In this document: positions 1 to 8,264 of the stretch, in pieces
Numbering within the stretch: position 1 is the first letter of the stretch
Layout of the letters: each line of letters starts with the position of its first letter
Virus record (IMG/VR): IMGVR_UViG_3300037761_000095
Coordinates: 1 to 37,593 of that record
DNA from: a virus
Taxonomy: Duplodnaviria; Caudoviricetes
DNA: 37,593 nt
Direction: 5' to 3' (one strand)
The notes under the pieces: model-generated
Told to the model about the DNA's origin: nothing
Databases searched by the model: none
Seen by the model: the letters and a program-made list of their open reading frames with translations, nothing else
Program-made: the position numbers and the translations under genes

Positions 1-47
1 CCCCGAGAGGCGATTACACTCCTCCGATTTTCCGCTGAGGGGGTCGC

Positions 48-1505
48 ATGAAGGCTGGCCCCAAGGCCCAGACCGAAGCCACTCCACTGCCGTTCACCAG
101 TCGCTCCGCAGGTGTCCGCCGGTTCGAGACGTTCTGTCGGCGGCACATCTTGGTGCCGAAGGGCAAGGGCGCTCGGAAGCCGCTGCGGCTTCGGGACTGG
201 CAGCGGGACCTGTACGGGTCGGTGTTGGACCCGACGCCGATGCCGCGGATGGCGGGCTGGATGCTGCCCCGCGGTCAGGGGAAGACGTCATCGGTCGCCG
301 CGTTGGCGCTCTACGACCTAATGCTGGGTGATGAGGGTGCCCAGGTCGTGGTCGTCGCCTGCGACGAGCGGCAGGCCGGGCTGTGCTTCAACATCGCCCG
401 CCGGATGGTGGAGCTGAACCCGGAGCTCGACTCGCGGATCCAGGTGTACCAGGACAAGCTGGTGGTGCCGGAGCGTGATGCCACATTCCAGATCTTGCCG
501 GCGGTTCCAAAGCGACTTGAGGGTTTGGACCCGACGCTGGCGATCCTGGACGAATTCGGCCGGATCGACCGCGAGGTCTACGAGGTCATCGGTCTGGCGT
601 CCGGTAAGCGGGACCAGTCGGTCGTGATCGGTATCGGTACTCCGGGTCCGTTGTGGGCGGAGTCGGTGCTGGCCGACATGCGCGAGTACGCGTTCGAGCA
701 CCCCGAGGACCCGACGATGGTGTGGCGGGAGTTCTCCGCAGCCGGGTTCGAGGACCACGCGGTGGACTGCCGGCACTGCTGGGAGTTGGCGAATCCAGCG
801 CTGGGGGATTTCCTCACTGCGGACGGTATTGCGGCTTTCATGCCGCCGAAGACGCGTGAGTCGACGTTCCGCCGGGCTCGGCTGTGCCAGTTCGTCGATG
901 AGCTCGAGAACGCCTGGCTGCCGCCGCGGGCGTGGGATGCCTGCGCGGATGAGCGGGCGGTCGAGGACGGCGCCGAAGTGGTGCTGACTCTCGACGGGTC
1001 GTTCTCCAAGGATGCGACCGCGGTCCTGGTCTGTCAGGTCGGCGAGACGCCGCACCTGGACGTGGTCGGGCTGTGGGAGCCGCCGCCGGGTGCGTTGGAT
1101 TGGCGGGCACCGATCCTCGAGGTCGAGGATGCGATCCGGGTGGCGTGCCGGCGTTGGCAGGTGCGGGAGATCGCCTGTGACCCGTTCCGGTGGGCGCGGT
1201 CGATGCAGATCCTGGAGGACGAGGGCCTGCCGGTGGTGGAGTATCCGCAGACGCCGCAGCGGATGACACCCGCCACCGAGGGCCTGTACGCGGCGGTACT
1301 GAAGGGCGGGGTGACCCATTCGGGCGATCCGCGGCTGGCGCGGCACGTGGAGAACGCCACGGTGCGGACCGACAACCGAGGCACCCGCGTCTACAAGGAG
1401 CACAAGCATTCGACGCGGCGGATCGACCTGGCGGTGTGCGCGATCATGGCGTTCGACCGGGCGGCGCAGGCCCCGTCGTATGACCTGCTCGAGTCGGTCT
1501 GGTGA
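48..1505 (+). CDS. terL: Terminase large subunit (copy A)
   Basis: Walker A LPRGQGKT, Walker B AILDE, C-terminal nuclease motifs (LTLDGS, EIACDPF, RIDLAVCAIMA); SD GAGGGGG before the ATG; directly precedes the portal gene. Confidence 0.95.
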   Translation: MKAGPKAQTEATPLPFTSRSAGVRRFETFCRRHILVPKGKGARKPLRLRDWQRDLYGSVLDPTPMPRMAGWMLPRGQGKTSSVAALALYDLMLGDEGAQVVVVACDERQAGLCFNIARRMVELNPELDSRIQVYQDKLVVPERDATFQILPAVPKRLEGLDPTLAILDEFGRIDREVYEVIGLASGKRDQSVVIGIGTPGPLWAESVLADMREYAFEHPEDPTMVWREFSAAGFEDHAVDCRHCWELANPALGDFLTADGIAAFMPPKTRESTFRRARLCQFVDELENAWLPPRAWDACADERAVEDGAEVVLTLDGSFSKDATAVLVCQVGETPHLDVVGLWEPPPGALDWRAPILEVEDAIRVACRRWQVREIACDPFRWARSMQILEDEGLPVVEYPQTPQRMTPATEGLYAAVLKGGVTHSGDPRLARHVENATVRTDNRGTRVYKEHKHSTRRIDLAVCAIMAFDRAAQAPSYDLLESVW

Positions 1506-1514
1506 GGAGGCGCC

Positions 1515-2720
1515 GTGTGGAATCCGTTCCGTCGCCGCCCCGCTGAGGAACAGCGGTCGATCGACTCGGTGTCTTGGTACCCGTTCAACGTGGGGCCGTC
1601 GATGTACGAGCGGCCGTCGGAGCAGCGTGCCCTGTCGTTGGCGCCGGTGTTCGCGGCGTTCCGGTTCCTGTGCGACGGGGTGTCGACGCTGCCGCTGAAG
1701 TCCTACCGGCGGGCCGGCCCCGATCAGCGGGAGCCGATGTCGAGCCTGCCGCAGCTGTTCCAGTTCATGGTCGACGAGGGGACGCTGGTCGACTGGACGT
1801 CGCAGGCGGTGTTCTCCCTCGCGGCACATGGCAACGCGATCGGGGTGATTACCAGCCGGGACGGGTTCGACTTCCCGACGGTGGTGCAGTGGCGGCCGCG
1901 CCGTGAGTTTTCCGTCGACGACGATTCGGTGCCAGGCCGGCCGCAGTGGTTTTGGAACGGGCGCCGCGTGGACCGGTCGGGGCTGGTTCACATCCCGTGG
2001 ATGAAGGTCCCGGGCAAGACGTTGGGCCTGTCGCCGATCGAGCACTATGCGCTGACGTTGGGCGTCGGTCTGGGGGCGCAGAAGTACGGCGCGGAATGGT
2101 TCAACGCCGGCGGTGTGCCACCGGGGACGTTCAAGAACTCGGAGCAGAAGGTCGACCCGGACGATGCCGCGACAATCAAGGCGCGGCTGGTGTCGGCGAT
2201 CCGGTCCCGTGAGCCGATCGTGTATGGCAGGGACTGGGACTTCAACGCCGTCTCGATCCCGCCGGAAGAAGCACAGTTCGTCGAAACACAGAAGCTGACC
2301 GCGAACCAGATCGCCGCCATCTACGGGATCGCGCCGGAGGAGCTGGCTGGGGAGCCGGCGAACTCGCTGACGTACAACACCGAGGAGCTACGGCAGATCC
2401 GCCGGATCGCGGATCTTCGTCCCTGGCTAGTGCGGTTGGAGACGGGACTTTCGGCCCTGTTGCCGGAGCGGCAGTACGTGAAGTTCAACGCGGATGCGAC
2501 GGTGCGGGCGGATCTGAAGACCCGGTACGAGGCGCACCACATCGCGCTGAGTGACGGCTGGAAGTCGCGGGACGAGGTGCGTGCGGCTGAGGACTTGGAG
2601 CCGCTGCCGAACGGTCAGGGCCAGGAGTACGCGCCGCTGCACGCGGCCCCGGTGCGACCAGCGTTGACGACCGGCGAGGACCAGGACGAAAACGGCCAGC
2701 CGTTGCGGGTCGTGCGCTGA
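1515..2720 (+). CDS. Portal protein, HK97 family
   Basis: Motifs STLPLKSY, HGNA, GLSPI, AQFVETQK...IAAIYGI, DEVRAAEDLEPL; SD GAGGAGG; synteny. Confidence 0.95.
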   Translation: MWNPFRRRPAEEQRSIDSVSWYPFNVGPSMYERPSEQRALSLAPVFAAFRFLCDGVSTLPLKSYRRAGPDQREPMSSLPQLFQFMVDEGTLVDWTSQAVFSLAAHGNAIGVITSRDGFDFPTVVQWRPRREFSVDDDSVPGRPQWFWNGRRVDRSGLVHIPWMKVPGKTLGLSPIEHYALTLGVGLGAQKYGAEWFNAGGVPPGTFKNSEQKVDPDDAATIKARLVSAIRSREPIVYGRDWDFNAVSIPPEEAQFVETQKLTANQIAAIYGIAPEELAGEPANSLTYNTEELRQIRRIADLRPWLVRLETGLSALLPERQYVKFNADATVRADLKTRYEAHHIALSDGWKSRDEVRAAEDLEPLPNGQGQEYAPLHAAPVRPALTTGEDQDENGQPLRVVR

Positions 2721-2751
2721 TGATCAGCGACACCACGAAGGAGCACCGAGG

Positions 2752-3408
2752 ATGAACGAACTCGAGCGCCGTTACACGCCGGTGCCGGTGGAACTGCGGG
2801 CCGATGGAGATGCGCAGAAGATCGGTGGCTATGCGGCCAAGTTCAACACCCCGTCCCAGAATCTGGGCGGATTCATCGAGCGGGTGGCGCCGCCGGCATT
2901 CAACAAGTCCCGCGGAGACGGCTGGCCGGATGTGCTCGCCCGGTACAACCACGACGACAACATGCTCCTCGGCACGGTCGCCGGAGGGACACTGTCGCTG
3001 CGGGTCGATGACACCGGCCTGGTGTACGAGGTGGTGCCACCGGCGGCGCGCTCCGACATCGTCGAACTCGTGTCTCGCGGCGATGTGCGGAAGTCATCGT
3101 TTGCATTCCGGGTGGCATCGGCCGACGGCGACGAATGGACGCTGTCGGATCAGAACTTCCCGCTGCGGACGTTGCTGTCGGTGCAACTGATCGACGTGGC
3201 CCCGGTGAACATGCCCGCCTACCCGGACGCCACCGCCGGGCTGCGGTCGCTGGCCGAACACATGGACGCCGACCTCGACGAGGTTCGGTCGCTGGCGCAG
3301 CAGAACGAACTGCGGAAGTTCTTCGTCCGCACCGACGGGCCGCCGACGCAGAGGAAGCTGTCGCTGGTCGAGGCGCGGGCGCGCCTGGCCGACCACATGA
3401 CCCAGTAA
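2752..3408 (+). CDS. Prohead (capsid maturation) protease, HK97 family
   Basis: IGGYAAKFN, ARYNHD, SSFAF, DVAPVNMPAYPD motifs; between portal and capsid. Confidence 0.95.
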   Translation: MNELERRYTPVPVELRADGDAQKIGGYAAKFNTPSQNLGGFIERVAPPAFNKSRGDGWPDVLARYNHDDNMLLGTVAGGTLSLRVDDTGLVYEVVPPAARSDIVELVSRGDVRKSSFAFRVASADGDEWTLSDQNFPLRTLLSVQLIDVAPVNMPAYPDATAGLRSLAEHMDADLDEVRSLAQQNELRKFFVRTDGPPTQRKLSLVEARARLADHMTQ

Positions 3409-3417
3409 CCTCCCATT

Positions 3418-3537
3418 CGACGAATCCTGATGACAGGTCGACAACCATCACCTGGACGTCGCATCGCATCACCCTCGTAGGGCAGCGCGACACGCACCCT
3501 GCAGCCACCCACCCCACCCAGCCCTGAAAGGGGGCTA
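3418..3537 (+). promoter_or_regulatory. Structured capsid-gene leader: two CGACA-loop hairpins plus an SD-containing hairpin
   Basis: Hairpins 3418-3461 and 3477-3502 share a CA/A internal loop, a 3-bp stem and a CGACA loop; AGCCCT-GAAA-GGGGGCT overlaps the SD. Confidence 0.6.
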
Positions 3538-3543
3538 CTCGGC

Positions 3544-4773
3544 ATGTCCGAGATCGCAAAGCGGCTGCAGGAGCGGCGCGCAAACCTCGTCAACGAGGAG
3601 CGCGCCGTCATCGAGGCCGCCGCAGAGGAAGACCGCAACGATTTCACCGGCGAGGAACTCGGCCGGATGGCCGCGATCGACGAGCAGATCAAGAAGCTCG
3701 ACGAGCGCATCGCCGGTGTCCTTGCTCAGGAGAAGCGCGGCAAGGAAGCCGAGGACGAGTTCGCTCGACTGTCTGGCAAGCCGGTGGAGCAGGGCAAGCG
3801 CGGCACCGGCGAACGCGTCGACGAACTCCGCGACTGGATGCAGGGCAAGGGGCCTCGCCAGTACGTGGTCCCCAACGAGGGCAAGACTGCTCTGCAGATC
3901 GCAGCTGAGAAGCGTGACCTGACGACCTCGTCTTCGGGTGTCATCGACACCGGGTTCCGGGCGCGGTTGTGGGAGTACATGATCGAGGAGGCCGGCGTCC
4001 TGTCCGCTGGTGTCGACCTGCTCGAGACCGACTCCGGCGAGACGATCAAGCTGCCGCGGGCGACCGCGCACAGCGTCGCCGGATCCACGACTGAGGCCAC
4101 GGCGATCTCCGAGTCCGACGCGACCCTCGGGTCGGTCAACTCGACGGTGGTCAAGGAGGGCTACGTCACCCAGCTGTCCACCGAACTTCTGCAGGACTCC
4201 GGGGTGGACCTGGAGGGCTATCTGTCCCGTTCCGCAGGTCGTGCGCTCGGCAACGCAGTCGGTGCTGCTGCCATCACGGCTGCTCTCGCAGCCGCGTCGG
4301 CGGGTGCCACCACGGCGGCCGGCACGGCCGGCGGTCTCGGCGCGCAGAGCACGGCCAACAGCGGCTTCGACTACCTGATCACCCTGTTCCACTCGGTGAT
4401 CGCGCCATACCGGAACCGTTCGTCGTGCTCGTGGGTAATGGCGGACCCGACCGCGGCGATGGTCCGCAAGGTCAAGTCTGCCGACGGCGTCTACGCCTGG
4501 CAGCCGTCGGTGGTCGCCGGCCAGCCGGACACCATCCTCGGCAAGCCGGTGTTCATCGACACGGCCGTGCCGGATGCGGCGGTGTCGGTGGAGTCGATCC
4601 TGTTCGGTGACTGGTCGTCGCTGGTCGTCCGTATCGCGGGCGGCTTCCGCTTCGAGCGCAGCGACGACTTCGCGTTCAACGCCGACCTGGTCACCTTCCG
4701 AGCGCTGGTGCGTCACGGTTCGGTGTCGGTCGACGCGAACGCGCTGAAGTCCCTGACCCACGCCGGGACCTGA
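3544..4773 (+). CDS. Major capsid protein, HK97 fold with N-terminal delta domain
   Basis: Coiled-coil N-terminus, LSTELLQDS, KSADGVYAWQP, TILGKPV, ILFGDW motifs. Confidence 0.95.
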   Translation: MSEIAKRLQERRANLVNEERAVIEAAAEEDRNDFTGEELGRMAAIDEQIKKLDERIAGVLAQEKRGKEAEDEFARLSGKPVEQGKRGTGERVDELRDWMQGKGPRQYVVPNEGKTALQIAAEKRDLTTSSSGVIDTGFRARLWEYMIEEAGVLSAGVDLLETDSGETIKLPRATAHSVAGSTTEATAISESDATLGSVNSTVVKEGYVTQLSTELLQDSGVDLEGYLSRSAGRALGNAVGAAAITAALAAASAGATTAAGTAGGLGAQSTANSGFDYLITLFHSVIAPYRNRSSCSWVMADPTAAMVRKVKSADGVYAWQPSVVAGQPDTILGKPVFIDTAVPDAAVSVESILFGDWSSLVVRIAGGFRFERSDDFAFNADLVTFRALVRHGSVSVDANALKSLTHAGT

Positions 4774-4779
4774 CCGATC

Positions 4780-4832
4780 TCCTGGCGGGGAGGTCGGGCG
4801 CCTCCGCGATCCCCCTGCCCTCCCCGCCAGGA
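4780..4832 (+). terminator. Strong hairpin after the capsid gene (terminator or mRNA-stabilising stem)
   Basis: 14-bp perfect inverted repeat TCCTGGCGGGGAGG / CCTCCCCGCCAGGA; no U-tract. Confidence 0.6.
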
Positions 4833-4858
4833 CCAACCCCCCGAGGAGTCAGCCGCGC

Positions 4859-5053
4859 ATGAAGATCAAGATGAAGATTCAGATCACCGGCACCCGCGAC
4901 GGTGTGTCCTGGCCTGCGCCCGGTGGCGAGGTCGAACTGCCGGATCGGGAGGCGGCGAAGCTAGTCGACGCCGGGTTCGCTGTGGCTGTGGTCACCAAGG
5001 GCGACGACATCGAGAAGCGCGGCCCCGGTCGGCCCCGCAAGACGCCCGAGTAG
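4859..5053 (+). CDS. Small head-associated protein
   Basis: 64 aa, SD GAGGAG, typical post-capsid small gene (ELPDREAAKLVDAGFA, basic tail). Confidence 0.7.
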   Translation: MKIKMKIQITGTRDGVSWPAPGGEVELPDREAAKLVDAGFAVAVVTKGDDIEKRGPGRPRKTPE

Positions 5054-5059
5054 GCGCAC

Positions 5060-5620
5060 ATGGCCCCGTTCATCACGACGACCGAGCTGATCGTCTGGAT
5101 GGGCATCGCCGACGACACGTACCCCACCGACCAGGCCACCGCCTACGTCGACTCGGCCAGTGCCGCCATTCGCGGCTACTGCGGCTGGAACATCACCGAG
5201 GAGACGGTCACCGGGGATGTGGTCGACGGGTCCGGGAAGTGGGATCTGTGGCTGCCGACGAAGCACCTGACGGCGGTGGCGTCGGTTGTCGAGGACGGGA
5301 TCACCCTCGTCCACGACACCGACTACGTCTGGTACCGCAATGGTCGCCTGACGCACGCCGGCCGGTGGACGGCGAACGCGAAGGGCGTGGTCGCCACCTA
5401 CACCCATGGCTATCCGACGGGGCACCGGCTGCTGGAGCTGGCACGGTCGGTGTGCCGGCTGGTGGCGGCGCGAAGTCTGACCAACCCGGCCGGGCTGCGG
5501 TCGGAGACCATCGGCGCCGTGTCGTGGACGGCTGCCGGCGGTGGTGCAGACGCAACGGTGATCCTCACCGAGGCGGACGAGAAGTCGCTGGCGCCGCTGG
5601 CGCTGCACGGCGTGGCATAG
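5060..5620 (+). CDS. Head-to-tail adaptor (gp6/gp15-like)
   Basis: ASAAIRGYCGW, ATYTHGY, NPAGLRSETIG motifs; synteny. Confidence 0.8.
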   Translation: MAPFITTTELIVWMGIADDTYPTDQATAYVDSASAAIRGYCGWNITEETVTGDVVDGSGKWDLWLPTKHLTAVASVVEDGITLVHDTDYVWYRNGRLTHAGRWTANAKGVVATYTHGYPTGHRLLELARSVCRLVAARSLTNPAGLRSETIGAVSWTAAGGGADATVILTEADEKSLAPLALHGVA

Positions 5621-5633
5621 AAGGAGTAACCCC

Positions 5634-6035
5634 ATGGCCCTCGGACCATCCGCAACGATCGCCGACGATTTCCTCGAGTGGATTTTCAATGCCTCGGCGA
5701 TGGCGACCGCCCCGACGAACATCTGGATTCAGCTGCACACCGCCGATCCGGGTGCGGCCGGCACGAACGCGGTCGCCGGCAACGCCACCCGCAAGGACCT
5801 GACCGCGGCGATGGGCACCGCGTCCGGCGGGGCTATCACCAACACGGCGGCGATCACCTGGACGACTGGCGAGGTGGACACGTCGGAGGACTACACCCAC
5901 TGGTCGCTGTGGACGGCGTCGACGGCGGGGACGTTCCTATTCTCGGGAACGGTGACTGCGAACGCGGTGACCACTGGTGACGAGTTCACGATCCCTATTG
6001 GGGATTTGGACGTCGTCGGCGTTGTGGCCGCCTGA
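5634..6035 (+). CDS. Virion fibre/decoration-associated structural protein
   Basis: WIQLHTADPGAAGT...ITNTAAITW...THWSLW...GTFLFSG pattern common in actinophage structural blocks; SD AAGGAG. Confidence 0.65.
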   Translation: MALGPSATIADDFLEWIFNASAMATAPTNIWIQLHTADPGAAGTNAVAGNATRKDLTAAMGTASGGAITNTAAITWTTGEVDTSEDYTHWSLWTASTAGTFLFSGTVTANAVTTGDEFTIPIGDLDVVGVVAA

Positions 6036-7003
6036 TGACGAGGCGGGCCATCGCCGCTGCGGTTGCCGGGCTGCTGCTCGTCGGCGGCCTCACCGTGGCC
6101 GCGGCGCAGACACCCAGCGTGTCCCCGGACACCTACCCCGACGGGTACACCCCGCCGTGCACCAGCAACACGACGTGGTGTCTGCGGCAGCGGGTGGCGG
6201 CGCTCGAGGCGGAAGTCAACCGGTTGGGGGACCACTACCGGGCGCACCAGCACGCCACGCCGACACCGAGCCCGAGCCCCACGGCTACCCCGACGGTGAC
6301 GCCGACGCCCACCCCGAGTCCGACCCCGACGCCGCCTGGGCAGACATGCACCACCCCGTTGTTCACGTCGTCGGACCCCCACGGTTCCTGGGCCGACAAC
6401 GGGTACATCGTCAACAACGAGGTCTGGAATACGGCCGAGGCCGGGCCGCAAACCATCTATGCCTGCGCCTGGAACAGCTGGTACGTGGAAAGTGACCAGC
6501 CCGGCACCGGCACCGACGACAGCGTGAAGACCTACCCCGACACCCAGAAACTTGTCAGCGTTCCGTTGAACACCATGACGTCGATCCCCTCGTCGTTCGA
6601 TGTGACCACTCCTGCCGGCGGTGGTGCCGTCGTCCCCAACAGCAAGCAGTGGAACGCCGCCTACGACCTGTGGCTAGACAACTTCGGCACCGAGGTCATG
6701 GTCTGGAACACCTGGACGATGAACTGGCAGTACTGGTACGGCGTCTATGACGGCGTCCAGGTGACCATCGACGGTGTGGCTTACGCGGCCTACTACAACG
6801 GGCAAAACGCGATGTGGTTCATCCGCCAGGACGTCACCAACAGCGGCAGCGTCGACTTGGCATCGGTGCTGCGGTGGGCGGTTCAGCGGGGGTGGCTGCG
6901 GGATACCCAGGTCATCAACGCGATCAACTACGGCTTCGAGATCGGCTACACCGGCGAGCCGACCACGTTCATCCTCAACGATTACGCGCTTGCTGGTGTC
7001 TGA
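6035..7003 (+). CDS. Secreted GH12-family glycoside hydrolase (endoglucanase-like)
   Basis: Sec-type signal peptide, Pro/Thr linker, then YIVNNEVW, WNAAYDLWLD, TEVMVW (nucleophile Glu), YGFEIG (acid/base Glu). Confidence 0.8.
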   Translation: MTRRAIAAAVAGLLLVGGLTVAAAQTPSVSPDTYPDGYTPPCTSNTTWCLRQRVAALEAEVNRLGDHYRAHQHATPTPSPSPTATPTVTPTPTPSPTPTPPGQTCTTPLFTSSDPHGSWADNGYIVNNEVWNTAEAGPQTIYACAWNSWYVESDQPGTGTDDSVKTYPDTQKLVSVPLNTMTSIPSSFDVTTPAGGGAVVPNSKQWNAAYDLWLDNFGTEVMVWNTWTMNWQYWYGVYDGVQVTIDGVAYAAYYNGQNAMWFIRQDVTNSGSVDLASVLRWAVQRGWLRDTQVINAINYGFEIGYTGEPTTFILNDYALAGV

Positions 7004-7719
7004 TGGCTGTCGCCTTCGACGCGGTAGGCCCGTCGTCCGCGGGTGCGGTTGTCGTGTCCCCGGCGACGACCATTTCGTGGACTCACACGAACGTCGAGTC
7101 GGGGGTTGCTCTCCTTGTTGCAGTGGTGGTCGGCGCATCGGTTGACTCCGGCCGGTCGGTGTCGGTGAAGTTGGACCCGGCCGGGGCGAACACGGACATA
7201 CCATCGCTGGGGGCGGCGATCCACTCCAACGGTGGCACGGCAGGGTTCGTCGCCCTGTTCGGGTTGCCGGGCGTGTCCGACGGCGCGCACACGGTCGAGG
7301 CGACCCTGGCCGGCGGGTCGGCGGAGTCGATGGAGGCCGGGTCGGTTTCCTACACCGGCGCCGATGGCACCACTGCGTTCGGTACGCAGCAGTCGGCCAC
7401 CGGTACAGGCACCGGCCCGACGATCACGTTCACCGGGTCGACGGCGGGGAACATGGTCGGCGGCGGGCTAGCGAACGGCCTTGCGATCGACAGCGTGTTC
7501 ACGGGCACGTCGCGGTGGATTCGCAATGACAACGTCAACTCGGCGGCCGGCAACGGCGCGCAGGCGGACATCGCCGCCGGGGGGTCGGTTGTTCTGACAT
7601 GGCAAGTGAACTCTGACTGGTACGGCATCGCCGCCGTCGAAGTTCTGGCTGCGCCGGCGTCGCCGTTGGAGGAAGGCCCGCAGATGGTCATTCACCGCTC
7701 GAACCTCCGACTGGGTTAG
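7003..7719 (+). CDS. Putative virion structural beta-rich protein
   Basis: ATG overlaps the upstream TGA (TGATG); MAVAFDAVG start, Gly/Ala/Thr-rich; the track ORF from 6814 is over-extended. Confidence 0.65.
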   Translation: MAVAFDAVGPSSAGAVVVSPATTISWTHTNVESGVALLVAVVVGASVDSGRSVSVKLDPAGANTDIPSLGAAIHSNGGTAGFVALFGLPGVSDGAHTVEATLAGGSAESMEAGSVSYTGADGTTAFGTQQSATGTGTGPTITFTGSTAGNMVGGGLANGLAIDSVFTGTSRWIRNDNVNSAAGNGAQADIAAGGSVVLTWQVNSDWYGIAAVEVLAAPASPLEEGPQMVIHRSNLRLG

Positions 7720-7728
7720 GACACCACT

Positions 7729-8163
7729 ATGGCGCGGTATTCGTCCGGTATGACCGCAGCGGGTGCCGGTGTCGCGCTGCGCCCGATTCTGGGCATTCTC
7801 TCCACCGCCACAGTCACCCCGGTGTTGCGTGAGGTGGCGCTATTCAACACCACTGCGACGGCTTGCGTGTACCGGCTGGTGAACTTCACCGGCGGTACCG
7901 CCGGGGCCGGTCAGGTGGAGCGCAAGCATCGCCGCAATGCCCCGCCGGCGGTGGCCACGGTGTTCGGGTTGTGGACGGTGGACGCCACGATCGGGGAGGA
8001 CACCGGCTACCGGGCGATCCTCGGCGGCGGCGCCGGCAACGCGGTGATCCTGACCTTCGGTGACACCGGCCTCGAGGCCGAACTCGGCGCCACCTCCGGG
8101 CTCGGCCTGGTGCCGGTGGGCACCGGACAAATCGTTGAGTGCTATCTGACGTGGGACGAGTGA
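7729..8163 (+). CDS. Putative virion structural protein
   Basis: 144 aa, SD AGGA, ends in the TWDE-type terminus often seen in actinophage fibre-block proteins. Confidence 0.6.
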   Translation: MARYSSGMTAAGAGVALRPILGILSTATVTPVLREVALFNTTATACVYRLVNFTGGTAGAGQVERKHRRNAPPAVATVFGLWTVDATIGEDTGYRAILGGGAGNAVILTFGDTGLEAELGATSGLGLVPVGTGQIVECYLTWDE

Positions 8164-8264
8164 ACGTCCCTCGCGCCTGATTCGCCTATGTGACCGCGGT
8201 CTGGGCCTGGCTGGTCCGGCTGTGGGGGAGGGTCTGGGGCCGGTTCACCGTTGAGGAGGAGCCG

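Noticed and set aside
22-29. CTCCGATT shared between the window start and 37126-37133 as a terminal repeat
   Set aside because: Only about 8 nt with dissimilar flanks; too short to show circularity or a common cos.
318-2045. Long minus-strand ORFs opposite real genes (also 3535-4836, 10167-11411, 14025-15113, 34036-35673)
   Set aside because: Shadow ORFs expected in high-GC DNA with strong codon bias; Arg/Pro-rich, no motifs, and fully overlapping well-supported genes.
6255-6336. CCGACG/CCGAGC-type tandem repeats
   Set aside because: They encode the ordinary Pro/Thr linker of the GH12 protein.
8190-8264. Trp-rich N-terminal extension of the 1046-aa ORF
   Set aside because: A strong SD (GAGGAGG) precedes GTG 8265 and gives a typical MAFPT start, so the extension is probably not translated.
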